Shown here: positions 35,393-38,819 of the stretch, piece by piece
Layout: every line of letters begins with the position of its first letter
How positions within the stretch are numbered: the first letter of the stretch is position 1
Origin: Rhizobiaceae bacterium
GTDB taxonomy: Bacteria; Pseudomonadota; Alphaproteobacteria; Rhizobiales; Rhizobiaceae
Assembly (NCBI GenBank): GCA_051959695.1
Contig: JBQCFA010000501.1
Location: forward strand, 1-38,819
DNA length: 38,819 bases
Direction of reading: 5' to 3'
Notes under the pieces: model-generated
Seen by the model: the letters and a program-made list of their open reading frames with translations, nothing else
What the model was told of the DNA's origin: nothing
Database searches by the model: none
Position numbers and translations under genes: made by a program

Positions 35393-38300
35393 ATGCCTAG
35401 TTTCTTCATTGAGCGGCCTATCTTCGCCTGGGTCGTAGCCATCTTCATCATGATCGCGGGGGCGATTTCGCTACCGCTGCTGCCGGTGTCGCAATATCCC
35501 AATGTCGCGCCGCCGACGCTGACCGTCTACACGCACTACAATGGTGCGCCGCCGGAAGACATATACGAGGGCGTCACGCAGCTTATCGAGCAGCAGCTCA
35601 ACAGCGTTCCGAACCTTCTCTACTATGAATCGACCTCGGATTCGTCGGGCACGGCCCGCATCATCGTTACTTTCGTACCGGGAACGAACCTGAACCAGGC
35701 GAGCGTCGACACGCAGAACGCCATCAATCGTGTCCAGGCGCGATTGCCGAAACCGGTCATCCAGCAGGGCGTCCAGATCTCGCAGTCGGGGGCGGGGTTC
35801 CTGATGTTCATCGGCCTGAAATCGACCGACGGAAAGACGGATGCCGTCGGTTTGGGCGACTATCTCAACCGGAACGTCATCGGCGAGATTTCGCGCATTC
35901 CGGGCGTCGGCCAGGTGCAGCTTTTCTCGCCGAACCGTGCCATGCGGATATGGATGGATCCGGCCAAGATGCTGGGCCTCAACCTGTCCGCAAGCGACGT
36001 CGCCAACGCCATCAGTGCCCAGAACGCGGAAGTTTCCTCCGGGCGGATCGGATCGCAGCCGAATCCCGTGAACCAGCAGATCGCCGCGACGGTGCTGGTC
36101 AAGGGGCAGCTCACCACGCCGCAGGATTTCGGAGCGATCGTCCTGCGCGCCAATCCGGACGGTTCGACGGTGCGTCTGCGCGACGTGGCGCGTATCGAGA
36201 TCGGAGCCGAAACCTACAATTTCTCCACCCGTATCGACGGCGAGCCGGCCGCCGGCATCGGCGTGCAGCTATCTCCCACCGGCAATGCGCTTGCGACATC
36301 CGAGGCGGTGCGGGCGAAAATGAAGGAGCTGGCGAAGTTCTTCCCGCCCGGCTATCAATATCTTGTTCCCTACGACACCTCGCCCTTCGTACGCGTCTCG
36401 ATCGAGAAGGTGCTGCACACGCTTCTCGAGGCGATGGCACTGGTATTCGTGGTGATGTTCGTGTTCCTGCAGAGCGTTCGCTATACGGTGATCCCCGCCC
36501 TTGTGGTTCCGGTGGCATTGCTCGGATCCTGCGCGATCATGCTGGCGACGGGATCTTCGATCAACGTTCTGTCCATGTTCGCCATGGTGCTGGCGATCGG
36601 CATTCTTGTCGACGACGCCATCGTCGTCGTGGAGAATGTCGAGCGCATCATGGCACAGGAAGGCCTGTCGCCGAAACAGGCGACACGCAAGGCGATGTCG
36701 CAGATCACCGGCGCCATCATCGGCATCTGGCTGGTGCTGACGGCGGTCTTCCTGCCGATGGCCTTCTTCCCCGGCGCCGTCGGCGTCATCTACCGGCAAT
36801 TCTCCGTCACCATGGTCGGTTCGATCATCTTCTCCGGCTTCATGGCGCTGTCACTGACGCCGGCTCTGTGCGCCAGCTTCCTCAAGCCCGTGCCGGCGGG
36901 GCATCACGAGAAGCGCGGTTTCTTCGGCTGGTTCAACCGCGGTTTCGCCCGTACCACCGGCGGCTACACGTCTATGGTCAGCTGGATGATCCGCCGGGCC
37001 GGCCGCTTCATGGTGATCTACCTGGCGCTCATCATCGCCCTCGGCTATCTGTTCATCCGGCTGCCGTCGTCCTTCCTGCCCAACGAGGACCAGGGCTTCG
37101 TCCTGGTCGATATGCAGACTCCGCCGGAAGCCGCCAGCAATCGCACGCAGCGCGCCGTCGAGAAGGTGGAGGCCTTCTTCGGCAAGGAGAAGGCGGTTGA
37201 CCACCGGACGGTGATCGAGGGCTACTCCTTCTCCGGTTCGGGCGACAATGCGGCGCTCGCCTTCATCACCCTCAAGGATTGGAGCGTGCGCGGCCTGAAG
37301 GATTCCGCGCAGGCGATCGCCGCGCGGGCGAACGCCGCCTTCTCCCAGTTCAAGGACGTCATGGCCTTCGCACTTTCGCCGCCGCCGATCTCCGGCCTCG
37401 GCACCTCCAACGGCTTCACCTTCCGGCTCCAGGACCGCAGCGGCCTCGGGCAGCAGGCGCTGTCGGCCGCCGCCGCGCAATTGTTGGCCGCCGGAGCGAA
37501 AAGCCCCATCCTGACCGGCCTGCGTACGGAAGGACTTCCCGCCGCCGCGGAGATCGAACTCGTCGTCGATCGTGAGCAGGCCAACGCTTTCGGCGTTTCC
37601 TTCAGCGACATCAACTCCGCCATTTCGACCTATATCGGTTCGTCCTACATCAACGATTTCCCCAATACGGGCCGCTTGCAGCGTGTCCTCATCCAGGCTG
37701 GGGACACGAAGCGCATGCAGGCGTCGGACCTGCTCAACCTCAACGTCCGCAATGCCAACGGGGGCATGGTGCCCTTTTCCGCCTTTTCACACATCGAATG
37801 GTCGAAAGGGCCGCTGCAGGTCATCGCGTATAACGGCTATCCGGCAGTGCGTATCAGCGGCGACGCGGCTCCCGGCTATTCCTCGGGCGATGCCATCAAC
37901 GAGATGGAGCGGCTCGCTAAGCAGCTGCCTACCGGTTTCGGCTATGAATGGACGGGGCAGTCGCTGCAGGAGATCCAGTCCGGCTCCCAGGCGCCGTTCC
38001 TGATCGGCATGACGATGCTCTTCGTCTTCCTGTTGCTCGCCGCGCTCTACGAGAGCTGGTCGATCCCGTTGTCGGTCATGCTCGTGGTGCCGCTCGGCAT
38101 CATCGGCGCGGTGCTGGCGGTCATGCTGCGCGGCATGTCGAACGACGTCTATTTCAAGGTCGGCCTCATCGCCATCATCGGCCTGTCGGCGAAGAACGCC
38201 ATCCTTATCATCGAGTTCGCCAAGGATCTGAGGGCGCGCGGCATGTCCACCTTCGACGCCACCGTCGAGGCCTCGCGCATCCGCTTCCGCCCGATCATCA

Positions 38301-38542
38301 TGACCTCGCTCGCCTTCTCGCTCGGCGTCACGCCGCTCGCCATCGCCGTCGGCGCCAGCGCTGCCAGCCAGAACGCCATCGGCACCGGCGTTCTCGGCGG
38401 TATGGTCACCGCGACCATTATCGCCGTGCCCTTCGTGCCGGTCTTCTTCGTCTTCGTGATCCGTCTCTTCGGCGGACGCAAGGCGCTGGAGGCCAGGCCG
38501 CAGGAGGAGCCGTCACTACCGCTGGAAGCGCCGGCGGAATAG
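35393..38542 (+). CDS. RND efflux transporter, HAE1 (AcrB/MexB-like)
   Basis: 1049 aa; 'FFIERPIFAWV'; proton-relay motifs 'VDDAIVVVENVER', 'AKNAILI' and 'RFRPIIMTS'. Confidence 0.95.
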   Translation: MPSFFIERPIFAWVVAIFIMIAGAISLPLLPVSQYPNVAPPTLTVYTHYNGAPPEDIYEGVTQLIEQQLNSVPNLLYYESTSDSSGTARIIVTFVPGTNLNQASVDTQNAINRVQARLPKPVIQQGVQISQSGAGFLMFIGLKSTDGKTDAVGLGDYLNRNVIGEISRIPGVGQVQLFSPNRAMRIWMDPAKMLGLNLSASDVANAISAQNAEVSSGRIGSQPNPVNQQIAATVLVKGQLTTPQDFGAIVLRANPDGSTVRLRDVARIEIGAETYNFSTRIDGEPAAGIGVQLSPTGNALATSEAVRAKMKELAKFFPPGYQYLVPYDTSPFVRVSIEKVLHTLLEAMALVFVVMFVFLQSVRYTVIPALVVPVALLGSCAIMLATGSSINVLSMFAMVLAIGILVDDAIVVVENVERIMAQEGLSPKQATRKAMSQITGAIIGIWLVLTAVFLPMAFFPGAVGVIYRQFSVTMVGSIIFSGFMALSLTPALCASFLKPVPAGHHEKRGFFGWFNRGFARTTGGYTSMVSWMIRRAGRFMVIYLALIIALGYLFIRLPSSFLPNEDQGFVLVDMQTPPEAASNRTQRAVEKVEAFFGKEKAVDHRTVIEGYSFSGSGDNAALAFITLKDWSVRGLKDSAQAIAARANAAFSQFKDVMAFALSPPPISGLGTSNGFTFRLQDRSGLGQQALSAAAAQLLAAGAKSPILTGLRTEGLPAAAEIELVVDREQANAFGVSFSDINSAISTYIGSSYINDFPNTGRLQRVLIQAGDTKRMQASDLLNLNVRNANGGMVPFSAFSHIEWSKGPLQVIAYNGYPAVRISGDAAPGYSSGDAINEMERLAKQLPTGFGYEWTGQSLQEIQSGSQAPFLIGMTMLFVFLLLAALYESWSIPLSVMLVVPLGIIGAVLAVMLRGMSNDVYFKVGLIAIIGLSAKNAILIIEFAKDLRARGMSTFDATVEASRIRFRPIIMTSLAFSLGVTPLAIAVGASAASQNAIGTGVLGGMVTATIIAVPFVPVFFVFVIRLFGGRKALEARPQEEPSLPLEAPAE

Positions 38543-38544
38543 CG

Positions 38545-38819
38545 TTACAGCCCCAGATAGGCCTGCCTGACGCGGTCGTCGGCAAGCAGCGCCTCGCCGC
38601 TGCCGGACAACGTCACGCGGCCGTTCTCCAGCACGTAGGCATGGCGAGCAAGCTTCAGCGACACGGCGACGTTCTGCTCGACCAACACGCAGGTGATGCC
38701 CTCGCGGTTCAGGTCGGCGATCGACTGCAGCATCTCGTGCACCAGCGCCGGCGCCAGCCCGAGCGAAGGTTCGTCGAACATGATGAGTTCCGGTGCGCCC
38801 ATGAGGCAGCGGCCGATGG
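38545..38819 (-). CDS. C-terminal part of a branched-chain amino acid ABC ATP-binding protein (LivF-like), partial
   Basis: 'FDEPSLGLAP', 'LVEQN', 'AYVLENG', 'VRQAYLG'; the gene starts beyond the window edge. Confidence 0.85.
   Translation of the reverse strand, partial: IGRCLMGAPELIMFDEPSLGLAPALVHEMLQSIADLNREGITCVLVEQNVAVSLKLARHAYVLENGRVTLSGSGEALLADDRVRQAYLGL

Noticed and set aside
1435-38481. Many long antisense or alternative-frame ORFs (e.g. 1435-2679, 3759-5249, 3788-5431, 5760-7430, 20256-21704, 29391-30512, 34286-35371)
   Set aside because: Shadow ORFs expected from high GC3 codon usage; they overlap well-supported genes and have no recognisable motifs.
1-38819. Mobile elements, tRNA/rRNA genes, CRISPR arrays, replication origin
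   Set aside because: I saw no transposase or integrase, terminal repeats, cloverleaf, regularly spaced direct repeats or DnaA-box cluster by eye; dedicated scans were not run.

Overview
GC-rich chromosomal window from an alphaproteobacterium; the gene content and protein sequences point to Rhizobiales (Mesorhizobium/Phyllobacteriaceae-like). Gene calls come from recognising motifs by eye, and no database search was run. Left to right it holds: the tail of a probable TetR regulator; a smo-type polyol operon (SorC/DeoR regulator, smoEFGK, an mtlK interrupted by one in-frame TAG, an SDR resembling L-sorbose reductase with no smoS present, a HAD phosphatase, an FGGY kinase); the core block hemW-rdgB-VOC-rph/hrcA-grpE; a TRIC/UPF0126 gene; a convergent Omp25-like gene and low-affinity iron permease gene, each with an EcfG-like promoter; adenosine kinase, cysZ-like, nth, DUF2244, Ada/Ogt, ribokinase and LysE genes; an accessory LacI + ABC importer + 2H cyclic phosphodiesterase module sitting where lptB normally precedes rpoN; rpoN-hpf-ptsN with a long structured spacer; DUF1150 and a ROSE-controlled Hsp20; a nucleoside hydrolase; an RND efflux pair; and a partial LivF-type ATPase. 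I saw no rRNA, tRNA, CRISPR array or mobile element. The best candidates for undescribed biology are the LacI/ABC/CPDase module, the remodelled polyol operon and the putative structured RNA between rpoN and hpf.
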